64,000 nt of DNA from contig CBDBCY010000004.1 of NCBI GenBank assembly GCA_965203555.1, positions 1,024,001-1,088,000 of the forward strand, given 5' to 3'. A program made the position numbers and the translations under genes. Of this stretch, positions 33,501 through 41,256 are shown one piece after another. Positions within the stretch are counted from its first letter, which is position 1, and every line of letters starts with the position of its first letter. The stretch is from Acidimicrobiia bacterium (GTDB lineage Bacteria; Actinomycetota; Acidimicrobiia; Spongiisociales; ZC4RG35). Under the pieces are notes generated by a model. That model did no database searches, was not told the DNA's origin, and saw only the letters and a program-made list of their open reading frames with translations.

Positions 33501-33929
33501 CCCCTCGAAGGATTCGACACATCCCGGACGTTGGACGACGACACCCGCCGCCGGGCCTACGGCGCCTGGGAAACCGCTCGAGCCGACATCGTCGAGAAGT
33601 GGAACTTCCTGGCCGACAAGGCCAACCTGGAACCCCGAGTGCCCCCCGCCCTCCGCAGGGCCGCCGACGTGGTCCGCTCCCATCCCCCCGCCGCGATGAA
33701 CCAGGACGAAATCGACCGGGCCGTCGACACCCTGCAGGCGCCCTACCCCGAACGGACCATCCGCCTCTTCCGGAACGCGCTGCGCACCTCGGACAATCCC
33801 TCCGAGCAGGCGACTCGCATCCTGGACACCATCCGCTCTCTCGGCCTCCAGCCCTACACGCCGCCCCAACCCCTTCCCGAGATCACCCACGACGACGTGT
33901 ACCCGGTCTGCTGGCTGGCCCTCACCTAG
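30579..33929 (+). CDS. PLD-family nuclease fused to an SNF2-like SF2 helicase
   Basis: IATAYF, LHGKAF and GSSNFT (PLD-like). DEVGLGKT, IDEAH, LLTATP, EGVNLQ, NYDLPWNP and QRHGRIDR. Start ATG 30579 overlaps the upstream stop. Confidence 0.92.
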   Translation: MTETGVKDFAKPELATNRAGDTVAEALNGFISHAATGLVGGARVDIATAYFNLGGFSLLADSLDQATGVRLLLGAEPTPPERRKRKLGVESAIPERAARTRLKQALASHEHSLATDRDLLGFSVEADISARRLLKWLRSGSVQVRRLEGRFLHGKAFLVSEPSHGVVAGSSNFTHAGLTTNLELNLGNYQPYVVGQVAEWFEELWTEAVEYDLAALFDARFKPHSPQLIYLRMLWERYGEELDDEALATGVSQIHLTTFQADGLWRARRILERRHGVLIADEVGLGKTFLAGELIREAAIDRRQRVLVVTPATLRDGPWRAFRSEYNLPMELRSFEEMAGDHRLNPHHATGTKLDRQINDYAMVVIDEAHNLRNPGTQRAEALRRLLAGSPPKQLVLLTATPVNNSLWDLYYQLGYFLRNDAAFADVGIRSLRDHFAKAMALNPDDLTPEHLFDVLDAVAVRRTRSFVKRFYPNDTIKVADQEVTITFPTPRVRRITYDLDAVLPGFFDRFGRALDPPDDADPDDPEVLTLARYAPSQYRLDRDVETYEIQLAGLLRSGLLKRFESSPHAFAKTCERMVRNHDAFLSLLKEGGRVATGAALVDWVATDSDDLDEINAYLDTHTALTEDATDYDIDRLATHVRQDRELLSSFAAAARTVTRRSDPTLVELVRRLAAIATQAEAEGLGPEDTRDRRKVLIFSYYADTVDWIFDHLREVTETDPRLASYRGRVAGLSGNRSPGNKAGVLWGFAPRTTDAPPGSDRDLHDIVVATDVLAEGVNLQQARHIINYDLPWNPMRLVQRHGRIDRIGSRHAEVFLHCVFPDARLDDLLGLEERLNLKIRQAAASVGVGKIMPGQAVDPVDREFTETRREIERLRREESRIFERGGTSRGALSGEEYRQELRQALEDSRLAADIERLPWGSGSGMAARAGDRPGFVFCARVGDWDRPLFRYVADRSARPVVVDETLACLDRARPLEGFDTSRTLDDDTRRRAYGAWETARADIVEKWNFLADKANLEPRVPPALRRAADVVRSHPPAAMNQDEIDRAVDTLQAPYPERTIRLFRNALRTSDNPSEQATRILDTIRSLGLQPYTPPQPLPEITHDDVYPVCWLALT

Positions 33930-34193
33930 CCGAGTCCCTCAACGCTCAAACAACCATCTGTAGTTGCGATAGCCAGGTTCCGAGTGGAAGGCTACGGCCT
34001 CGAATCGGTCCCCGGCTGGCCCAAGGAACCGCCGTCATGTGGTTCAGCCAGAAACGCTTCCACGTCCGCCCTGCGGTCGGAGTCCACAAGACTCAGCAGG
34101 TGTCGACGGTCTTCGGGGGGACGGAAAGAGATCTGCTGAACCGTTGCGTCACGCCGCCGCTCAAGACTATCAGGGGCCGACACGATAGGTTCT

Positions 34194-34295
34194 GTGAAGA
34201 TACTGATAGACGAGGACCTGAATATACGCCTTCGGCGCCTGTTCAAATACGATGAGCTCGGTCCCGATGCGGTTGAGCAGACAGATGGGGGGTGA
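34194..34295 (+). pseudogene. N-terminal remnant of a DUF5615/PIN-like toxin
   Basis: GTG-KILIDEDLNIRLRRLF, then runs into the duplicated metF fragment and stops. Confidence 0.45.
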
Positions 34296-34564
34296 CGTCA
34301 AATCCGGAATCAGCCAGTTCGGCGGCCGGCTCCATGGTTGCCTCTATCCCCTTGTTGGGCGAAGCCGTGACCGTGATCACCGACCCCTCGGGCAGGTACC
34401 GCGCCTGGGCCACCGCGTTCTTCAGGGGGATGATCTCGAACCGGACCCTGCGGAGGACCGCGGCGATCGCCGAACGGAGGGACCCGTTCAGACCATCCAG
34501 CCGCTCGCCGTAATCGGAGGAGGCCATTATGCCTCGAAGTCCGGGGAGGTCTGTTTCTTCCGGG
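34253..34564 (-). pseudogene. Partial duplicate of the mttB-family 3' end plus metF 5' part (copy of about 35668-35979)
   Basis: ORF 34243-34527 is nearly identical to the first ~90 aa of the gene at 35942. Offset 1415 bp, with several substitutions. Confidence 0.9.
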
Positions 34565-34623
34565 TTTCGGGCTTGGCCGTGGCAGAGCGGCTATGATGCG
34601 ACAGGAGAGAGAAGGCGCCATCG

Positions 34624-34962
34624 ATGCTGATGAGAATCGAACCCAGCGAGAACGTTCCCTTGCTAGTTGACGAAGGAACTGGAACGATCCGGATACCGGG
34701 AACCCGTTTGAGGCTGGAAAACGTAATGGACATGCACCACAGGGGCTTTTCTGCTGAGGAAATGGCCTGGGAGCTCAGCACGCTCACGGTCGACGCCGCC
34801 CAGCGGATCATGGAGTGGTATCCCACGCGGAAACGGGAAGTGGACGACTACGTCGACTACACAGTAGAAGGAGCCGAGAGTGTCCGCTCTCGGCTGGAGC
34901 CCTTATACCAGCGTCGCACGCAAGAACTGTTGGAGAATGAAGGCGTAGCAGCCCCTCATTAA
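34624..34962 (+). CDS. DUF433 domain protein (antitoxin-like)
   Basis: G.IRIPGTRLRLENVM....RGFSAEEMA..L.TL pattern. Confidence 0.8.
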   Translation: MLMRIEPSENVPLLVDEGTGTIRIPGTRLRLENVMDMHHRGFSAEEMAWELSTLTVDAAQRIMEWYPTRKREVDDYVDYTVEGAESVRSRLEPLYQRRTQELLENEGVAAPH

Positions 34963-35063
34963 GGCGGCGCCTGGTTGTACCATGATGTGGCGTGTGGGGA
35001 AGGGGAAAAGCGAACGTTTCACCCCCCTCAAGTCAACAAATCTGCCTGGAAACCCCAGCTGAC

Positions 35064-35942
35064 CTAACCCTCGCCCAGGGCATCCAGGTATTCCCGGCGC
35101 CAAGCTTCGGTGGCCTCGCAGCGGTTGAAGGTGTAGACGTGCAAACCGTCGATGGCCAGCAGGGGGTCGGTGAGGCTTTCTCCGAGGTCTTCCAGCAATT
35201 CCCCGGGATCGTATCCCCCGGGTCCCAGGAGCTTGGTCACCACCTTGGCGTTCTTGGAGAGAAACCTCATCGAATCACCCACCCCGATCCGGGCCGAGAT
35301 CTGCAATAGCTTCATCCGGCCTCCCACCCCGGGCACGCCCAGCAGCGCGGGCAGCCGGATCCGGCGCTGTCGGGCGTCGGAAAGAAAAGAACGAATGGCT
35401 TCGGCGTCAAAGCACATCTGGGTGGCCAGATGGTCTGCATAGGGCTGTTTGTCAGACAGGGCCTGATCGAGCTTGGAGTCGGAAATCACCGGATGACCCT
35501 CCGGATAGGCGGGGATTCCCACCTCTTCGAAGGGGTGGCCGATTTCATCCATGGCCCGGAGCAGGGACAGGCCGTCGAAGAATTCACCCGGATGGAGATG
35601 GTCCCCACCCACCACGAATGCCCGGCGGATACCCAACCGCGCAGCCCGGTCCAGGGTTTCGGCCAGGTGAGCCCGGTCACGGTGCAGCCGAGCAGACAGA
35701 TGGGGGGTGACGTCGAATCCGGAATCAGCCAGTTCGGCGGCCAGCTCCATGGTTGCCTCCATCCCCTTGTTGGGCGAAGCCGTGACGGTGATCACCGATC
35801 CCTCGGGCAGGTACCGGGCCTGGGCCACCGCGTTCTTCAGGGGGATGATCTCGAACCGGACCCGGCGGAGGACCGCGGCGATCGCCGAACGGAGGGACCC
35901 GTTCAGACCATCCAGCCGCTCGGCGTAATCGGAGGAGGCCAT
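35064..35942 (-). CDS. metF: Methylenetetrahydrofolate reductase
   Basis: PHLSAR, FVVGGD, AYPEGHP, TQMCFD, GLHVYTFN. TAATG coupling to the upstream gene. Confidence 0.85.
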   Translation of the reverse strand: MASSDYAERLDGLNGSLRSAIAAVLRRVRFEIIPLKNAVAQARYLPEGSVITVTASPNKGMEATMELAAELADSGFDVTPHLSARLHRDRAHLAETLDRAARLGIRRAFVVGGDHLHPGEFFDGLSLLRAMDEIGHPFEEVGIPAYPEGHPVISDSKLDQALSDKQPYADHLATQMCFDAEAIRSFLSDARQRRIRLPALLGVPGVGGRMKLLQISARIGVGDSMRFLSKNAKVVTKLLGPGGYDPGELLEDLGESLTDPLLAIDGLHVYTFNRCEATEAWRREYLDALGEG

Positions 35943-37474
35943 TATGCCTCGAAGTCCGGGTAGGTCTGTTTCTTCCGGGCGACGTATTCCTGCAGAGCCT
36001 CGTCGACCGCCTCGTCGATCGGCGGCGGTTGATACTCGGCCAGTGACTTCTTCCACAGGGAGTTGGCCCGCTCCACCGACCGCAGCGACCCTTCCTCCGA
36101 CCATTGCTCGTAGCTGTTGTTGTCGGCGGTGAACGACCGGTAGAAAGCCGTTTCGAAATTGGCCAGCGTGTGGGCTGTTCCCAGGTGATGTTGGCCCGGT
36201 CCGGTCTCGATCACCGCCTCCAGGGCCTGTCCGTTCTCGGAGAGATCCACCCCCGACAGCAGCGCCTCGGCCATGCCGCACTGGTCGGAGTCGAGGACGA
36301 ACTTCTCGTACCCCATCGTCAACCCACCTTCCAGCCATCCCGCCGAATGCAGGACGAAGTTGATTCCGGCCAACAGGGTGGGCTGAAAAGTGGCGGCCGA
36401 CTCGTAGGCGGCCTGGGCGTCGGGAACCTTGGAAGCGGTCAGATTCCCGCCGGACCGGAAGGGAATCCCCAACCTCCGACCCAACTGGGCCAGCACGAAC
36501 AGCGTCAGCGAAGGCTCGGGAGTTCCGAAGGTGGGAGCTCCCGATTGCATGGAAAGCGAGGAGGCGAACGATCCGAAAATCACCGGCGCTCCCGGCCTGA
36601 CCAACTGGGTGTAGGACAGGGCCACCAGCGCCTCCGCCAGGGTCTGGGCCGCCACTCCCGCCACCGTGACCGGCGCCATCGCCCCGGCCAGGATGAAGGG
36701 GGTGATTATTGCCGCCTGGTTCCGCCTGGCGTATTCGCGGGCCGAACCCAGCATGGCCTTGTCCCAGGTGAGAGGGGAGTTGGCATTGCACAGCCCCATG
36801 ATCACCGTGTTCTCTTCCAGGAAGTCCTCCCCGAACACCAGGGCGGCCATCTCCACCGAATCGGCTGCCCGGTGGGGAGCGGTGACCGAGCCCATCAACG
36901 GCTTGTCGGACCACCGAAAGTGGGAGTAGACCATGTCCAGGTGACGTTTGGGGATGGGCACGTCCACCGGCTCGCACAATGTCCCCCCGGAGTGATGCAG
37001 ATAAGGAGTCATGTAGACCAGCTTCACGAAATTCCGGAAGTCCTCGATGGTGGCATAACGACGCCCTCCGTCGAGATCCCTCACGAAGGGAGAGCCGTAA
37101 GCGGGCGCCAGCACCATGTGGTCACCGCCGATCACCACCGACTTCTCGGGGTTGCGAGCCACCTGGGTGAACATGGACGGGGCGTTGTCGGTCACTATTC
37201 GGCGGCACATTCCCCGGGGGAAACGCACCCGCTGTCCCTCGACGTCGGCCCCGGCCTCACGGAAGGTCCGGACGGCCGGCTCATCGGTTATGTCCACGCC
37301 CACCCGCTCCAGAATGGTCTCGGCGTTGTGCTCGATTATCTCCAATCCTTCGGTGCTGAGCACCTCGTAGGGAGCGAGTTTGCTGGTGAGGAAGGGGGAT
37401 CTGTTCATCTCCTGGGCGGCCGCACGGGCAGCCGCCCGGGCCCGCCGCCCTCCTGATCTTCTTCTCCTACTCAT
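35942..37474 (-). CDS. Trimethylamine methyltransferase (MttB) superfamily, non-pyrrolysine; probable glycine betaine:corrinoid methyltransferase (MtgB-like)
   Basis: NANSPL, GAMAPVT, SGAPTFGTPE, SKVPDAQA, HSAGWLEGGL. No in-frame amber codon. Confidence 0.9.
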   Translation of the reverse strand: MSRRRRSGGRRARAAARAAAQEMNRSPFLTSKLAPYEVLSTEGLEIIEHNAETILERVGVDITDEPAVRTFREAGADVEGQRVRFPRGMCRRIVTDNAPSMFTQVARNPEKSVVIGGDHMVLAPAYGSPFVRDLDGGRRYATIEDFRNFVKLVYMTPYLHHSGGTLCEPVDVPIPKRHLDMVYSHFRWSDKPLMGSVTAPHRAADSVEMAALVFGEDFLEENTVIMGLCNANSPLTWDKAMLGSAREYARRNQAAIITPFILAGAMAPVTVAGVAAQTLAEALVALSYTQLVRPGAPVIFGSFASSLSMQSGAPTFGTPEPSLTLFVLAQLGRRLGIPFRSGGNLTASKVPDAQAAYESAATFQPTLLAGINFVLHSAGWLEGGLTMGYEKFVLDSDQCGMAEALLSGVDLSENGQALEAVIETGPGQHHLGTAHTLANFETAFYRSFTADNNSYEQWSEEGSLRSVERANSLWKKSLAEYQPPPIDEAVDEALQEYVARKKQTYPDFEA

Positions 37475-39464
37475 CACGGCCTCTCTTTGCTCTGCGGGAA
37501 GTCCGACGCCGGGTTCGGCGGGAAGACCTCCGTTTTGGATCGTCCCGGCCCTTGCTCGCACCGGGAAAGGACATGGACGCCACGAAGTGCTCCTGGAAAC
37601 GGGACTCTATGGCAGTCTCGATTTTCTCAACTCTATTGATGACCTGTTCAATCTCGCGTCGACATTCTCCGCTCAACAGACACATCAACGCCCCCGTCCC
37701 CGCCGCATTGCCCGCCGAAGACGCCCGGTCGGCTTCGATCCGGGGAATAAGTCCCAGGGCCATGGAGTGGGAAGTGCTCAGATGGGACCCGAAGGCGCCG
37801 GCCAGACGGATTCGGTCCACACGATCGGACCCCAGATGATCCATCAACAACCTGGCCCCGGCCAGCAGCGCCGCCTTGGCCAGTTGCACCGCCCGAACAT
37901 CATTTTGCGTAATTCGCACGACCGTTCCCTTGTCCCACAGGATATAGGAGTAGGTACGCCCGTCCTCTACCACCCGTGAGGAACGTTCACCGGCGGCGCC
38001 GTCGATTCTCCCGTTCGCCATTATCACCCCCGCCGCCGCCAATTCGGAGAGGACCTCGATGATTCCCGATCCGCAGATGCCGGTAACGCCGATCTTTCCT
38101 TCCAACTCCGAGAACCCCGGCTCGTCGGACCAGGGGTCCATCCCGATCACCTTGATCCGGGGCTCCAGGGTGTGGGGATCGATGCGCACCCGTTCTATGG
38201 CTCCCGGCGCCGCTCTCTGTCCCGAAGAAATCTGTGCACCCTCCAATGCCGGACCGGTGGGACTGGAGGCGGCCAGCAGCCGATCCTCGTTTCCCAGCAC
38301 TATCTCGGCGTTGGTGCCGATGTCGCACAACAACATGATCTCTTCGGCGCCATAGGGGCGTTCCGACAGGATCATCCCGGCCGCATCGGCGCCCACATGC
38401 CCGGCTATGCAGGGAAGAAGATAGATTCGGGTCGCCTCGTTCAAATCGATTCCCACTCTCGAAGCTGCAATCTCGACCGGGCCATCGGTGGCCAGGGTGA
38501 AGGGAGCCTGTCCCAGCGGACGCACGTCCAACCCCAGGAACAGGTGGTGCATGATGGGATTGCCCACCACCACCATCTCCAGCACCGACTCCCGCTCAGC
38601 CCCGGCCTGCTCCAACAGGTCCGAACACAACTCCGAAACCGCCGAACGCACCAGGGAGGTCAGCTTCTGCGCTCCATCCTGGTTCAGAGCCACATATGAG
38701 ACCCTGCTCATCAGGTCTTCCCCCAACCTGACCTGGGGATTCATCAAGCCATGGGAAGCCAGAACCTCTCCGGTGGTCAGATCGGCCAGGTGACCGGCGA
38801 TGGTGGTCGAGCCCACATCCACCGCCACCCCCAGCACGTGCTCCTTGAATCCGGGCCATACCGACACCACTTCTTTTCGGTCCCGCACCGCGGCCGTCAC
38901 TTTTCCGTCGCCGACCCGGAGTGCTTCCTGCAGCATTCCCAGAACTTCGGCCCCCACCGCCACGCCGGAAAGGACCCACTGCTCTTCCAGGGCCGCCAGC
39001 AGCCGCTGGGCGTCGCCCGGCGCATGTTCCAGGGTCGGGGCCTCCGTCACCACGTAGTGGAGGGTGGTCACCGGGTCCAGCCGGAGCTTTCCCACGTCGA
39101 CTTCCTTTCTGACCACCTGCCGATGAGTCTGGCTTTCGGGCGGCACATCCACCAGGACATCTTCCAGCACCCCCGCCATGCACCCCAGCCTGCGGTCGTC
39201 GGCCAACCCCCGCCGCTTGCGATAGGAAGACTCCGTTTCAGACCACTCCGTCAACGCCTCCGGCCCCACCGAGATTCCGTGCTTGGCGAACTCTCCGAAC
39301 ACCGGCGTCATCTGGCAACGTCCGCAGATGCCTCTGCCGCCGCACAGGGAAGCAAGGTCGGCGCCCACCATTCGGGCCGCCTCCAGCACCGTCGTCCCCC
39401 GGGGAACCCGACCCCTCCTCCCCGAAGGTGTGAAGATTATCCGAGGATCAGCCGGCTCGGCCAT
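37467..39464 (-). CDS. ASKHA-family ATP-dependent corrinoid reductive activator with an N-terminal 2Fe-2S domain (RACo/DUF4445)
   Basis: CGGRGICGRC...RLGC, DVGSTT, DIGTNAE, GICGSG, AGAFG. Confidence 0.9.
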   Translation of the reverse strand: MAEPADPRIIFTPSGRRGRVPRGTTVLEAARMVGADLASLCGGRGICGRCQMTPVFGEFAKHGISVGPEALTEWSETESSYRKRRGLADDRRLGCMAGVLEDVLVDVPPESQTHRQVVRKEVDVGKLRLDPVTTLHYVVTEAPTLEHAPGDAQRLLAALEEQWVLSGVAVGAEVLGMLQEALRVGDGKVTAAVRDRKEVVSVWPGFKEHVLGVAVDVGSTTIAGHLADLTTGEVLASHGLMNPQVRLGEDLMSRVSYVALNQDGAQKLTSLVRSAVSELCSDLLEQAGAERESVLEMVVVGNPIMHHLFLGLDVRPLGQAPFTLATDGPVEIAASRVGIDLNEATRIYLLPCIAGHVGADAAGMILSERPYGAEEIMLLCDIGTNAEIVLGNEDRLLAASSPTGPALEGAQISSGQRAAPGAIERVRIDPHTLEPRIKVIGMDPWSDEPGFSELEGKIGVTGICGSGIIEVLSELAAAGVIMANGRIDGAAGERSSRVVEDGRTYSYILWDKGTVVRITQNDVRAVQLAKAALLAGARLLMDHLGSDRVDRIRLAGAFGSHLSTSHSMALGLIPRIEADRASSAGNAAGTGALMCLLSGECRREIEQVINRVEKIETAIESRFQEHFVASMSFPGASKGRDDPKRRSSRRTRRRTSRRAKRGRDE

Positions 39465-40374
39465 CGGCGCCTCGTCCGGTACGCCGCCGACGACCACCTC
39501 CCCGCCGGACCCCCCTGCTGCCCGGAGGAGGGGAGGCGCGGTGAGCCCTGATCCAGCGAGAGCACTCCGGATCATTGGCCATCATCACATCCGCCGCCAT
39601 CACCGCCGAGCGGACTTCCTGGTGAAGCGGATTGGTTATCGCCGAGGTCAGACCGGCGCTGATCGCCATGGTGAGAAAAGCCGAGTTGATGCCCTGCCGG
39701 TTGGGAAGGCCGAAGCTGACGTTGGAGGCCCCGCAGGTGGAGTTGACGCCCAACTCGTCTCTCAATCGACCCAGGATGCGAAAAACCTGCCGGCCGGCTT
39801 GCGCCAATGCACCGATCGGCATCACCAGCGGATCGACCACCACATCGGAAGCCGGGATGCCGTAGTCGGAGGCGCGGGAAACAATTCTGCGGGCCACCTC
39901 GAACCGGACGTCCGGGTCCTCGGAGATGCCCGTTTCGTCGTTGGAAATGGCCACCACCGCCGCTCCGTGCTTTGCTACCAGGGGCAACACTCTCTCCATC
40001 ACTTCATCCTCGCCCGTCACCGAATTGACCAGAGCCTTCCCCTGATACACCCCCAGCCCGGACTCCAATGCCTCGACGATGGAGGAATCGATAGAGATCG
40101 GGACATCGGTGAGCGACTGGACCAGCTTGATGGCCTCGGCCAGGATGGCGGGTTCATCCGCCAGGGGAATCCCGGCGTTGACATCCAGCATGTGTGCGCC
40201 TGCGCCCACCTGGGCCAATGCGTCGGCCTCCACCCGGCTGAAGTCGCCGCTCTTCATCTCCTGCGCCAACAGCTTGCGGCCGGTGGGGTTGATCCGCTCC
40301 CCGATGATCGTGAAGGGCCGGTTCGGCCCTATCACCCACTCCCGGGTGGCGGAGGAGACGACGGTCTCGGTCAT
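39448..40374 (-). CDS. Methyltetrahydrofolate:corrinoid methyltransferase (pterin-binding domain)
   Basis: IGERINPTG, LDVNAG, SIDSS, VNSV, GASNVSFGLP. Confidence 0.9.
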   Translation of the reverse strand: MTETVVSSATREWVIGPNRPFTIIGERINPTGRKLLAQEMKSGDFSRVEADALAQVGAGAHMLDVNAGIPLADEPAILAEAIKLVQSLTDVPISIDSSIVEALESGLGVYQGKALVNSVTGEDEVMERVLPLVAKHGAAVVAISNDETGISEDPDVRFEVARRIVSRASDYGIPASDVVVDPLVMPIGALAQAGRQVFRILGRLRDELGVNSTCGASNVSFGLPNRQGINSAFLTMAISAGLTSAITNPLHQEVRSAVMAADVMMANDPECSRWIRAHRASPPPGSRGVRRGGGRRRRTGRGADGRAG

Positions 40375-40389
40375 CTCCTCCTCCCGTGG

Positions 40390-41076
40390 CTAGGCATTGG
40401 CGCGTTGCTTTTCGACCAGGGTCTTGGCGGTCTCGGCCGCCACGGCTGCATCTCGGCAGTAGGCGTCCGCCCCCACCGCCTCGCCGAATTCCTCGTTGAG
40501 GGGCGCCCCGCCCACCATCACGATGATTTCCTCCCTGATGCCCTCTTCCTTGAGAGCGTCGATGACCACCTTCATGTACGGCATGGTGGTGGTCAGAAGC
40601 GCCGACATGCCCAGAATGTCGGGGCCGTGCTCCTCCAGCGCCTCCAGGAATTCCTGGGCGTCGGTGTTGATCCCCAGGTCGAACACCTCGAATCCCGCCC
40701 CCTCCAGCATCATGCCCACCAGGTTCTTGCCGATGTCGTGAATGTCTCCCTTGACGGTGCCGATCACCACCTTGCCGATCGACTCGACACCCGACGCCGA
40801 AAGTATGGGCCGCAGTATCTCCATCCCGGCCTTCATGGCCTTGGCGGCCAGTAGCACTTCGGGGACGAAGAGGATTCCGTCGCGGAAATCTATCCCCACG
40901 ATCCTCATGCCCTCCACCAGTGCGTCGTTCAGTACTCTTTGGGCGTCCCAGGACCGGGCCAGTAGAATTTCGGTTCCCTCGGCTATCTCATCGGCTAAGC
41001 CGTCGTAAAGATCGTCATGCATCTGGTAGACGAGCTCCTCGTCATCAAGAGAAGCAAGGTCAAAATCTTCGGTCAT
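40390..41076 (-). CDS. Corrinoid (B12-binding) protein
   Basis: FVPEVL, GTVKGDIHDIGKNLV, MSALLTTTM, VGGAP. Confidence 0.95.
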   Translation of the reverse strand: MTEDFDLASLDDEELVYQMHDDLYDGLADEIAEGTEILLARSWDAQRVLNDALVEGMRIVGIDFRDGILFVPEVLLAAKAMKAGMEILRPILSASGVESIGKVVIGTVKGDIHDIGKNLVGMMLEGAGFEVFDLGINTDAQEFLEALEEHGPDILGMSALLTTTMPYMKVVIDALKEEGIREEIIVMVGGAPLNEEFGEAVGADAYCRDAAVAAETAKTLVEKQRANA

Positions 41077-41174
41077 GATTTCACCTGTTGGAATGAGAAG
41101 GCTGGGGCTGATGGGGTTAGGGAACCGAACGGCAAAGAACTCTGACGAAAAACCTCACCGTTGCGTCCGGTAGA

Positions 41175-41191
41175 GTTTACGCATTGTAAAC
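41175..41191. promoter_or_regulatory. Palindromic candidate operator between divergent operons
   Basis: GTTTAC-GCATT-GTAAAC. Confidence 0.5.
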
Positions 41192-41256
41192 GATCCGTGC
41201 AACCACACCGACCGCCACAAGAACAATAACCCGTCCTCAGCATAGGGAGTAAAGAT

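Noticed and set aside
35942-37474. Pyrrolysine-containing methyltransferase
   Set aside because: The ORF is continuous with no in-frame TAG, and no pyl genes are seen.
41077-41256. Cobalamin riboswitch upstream of the corrinoid operon
   Set aside because: I could not find the conserved B12-box elements on either strand.
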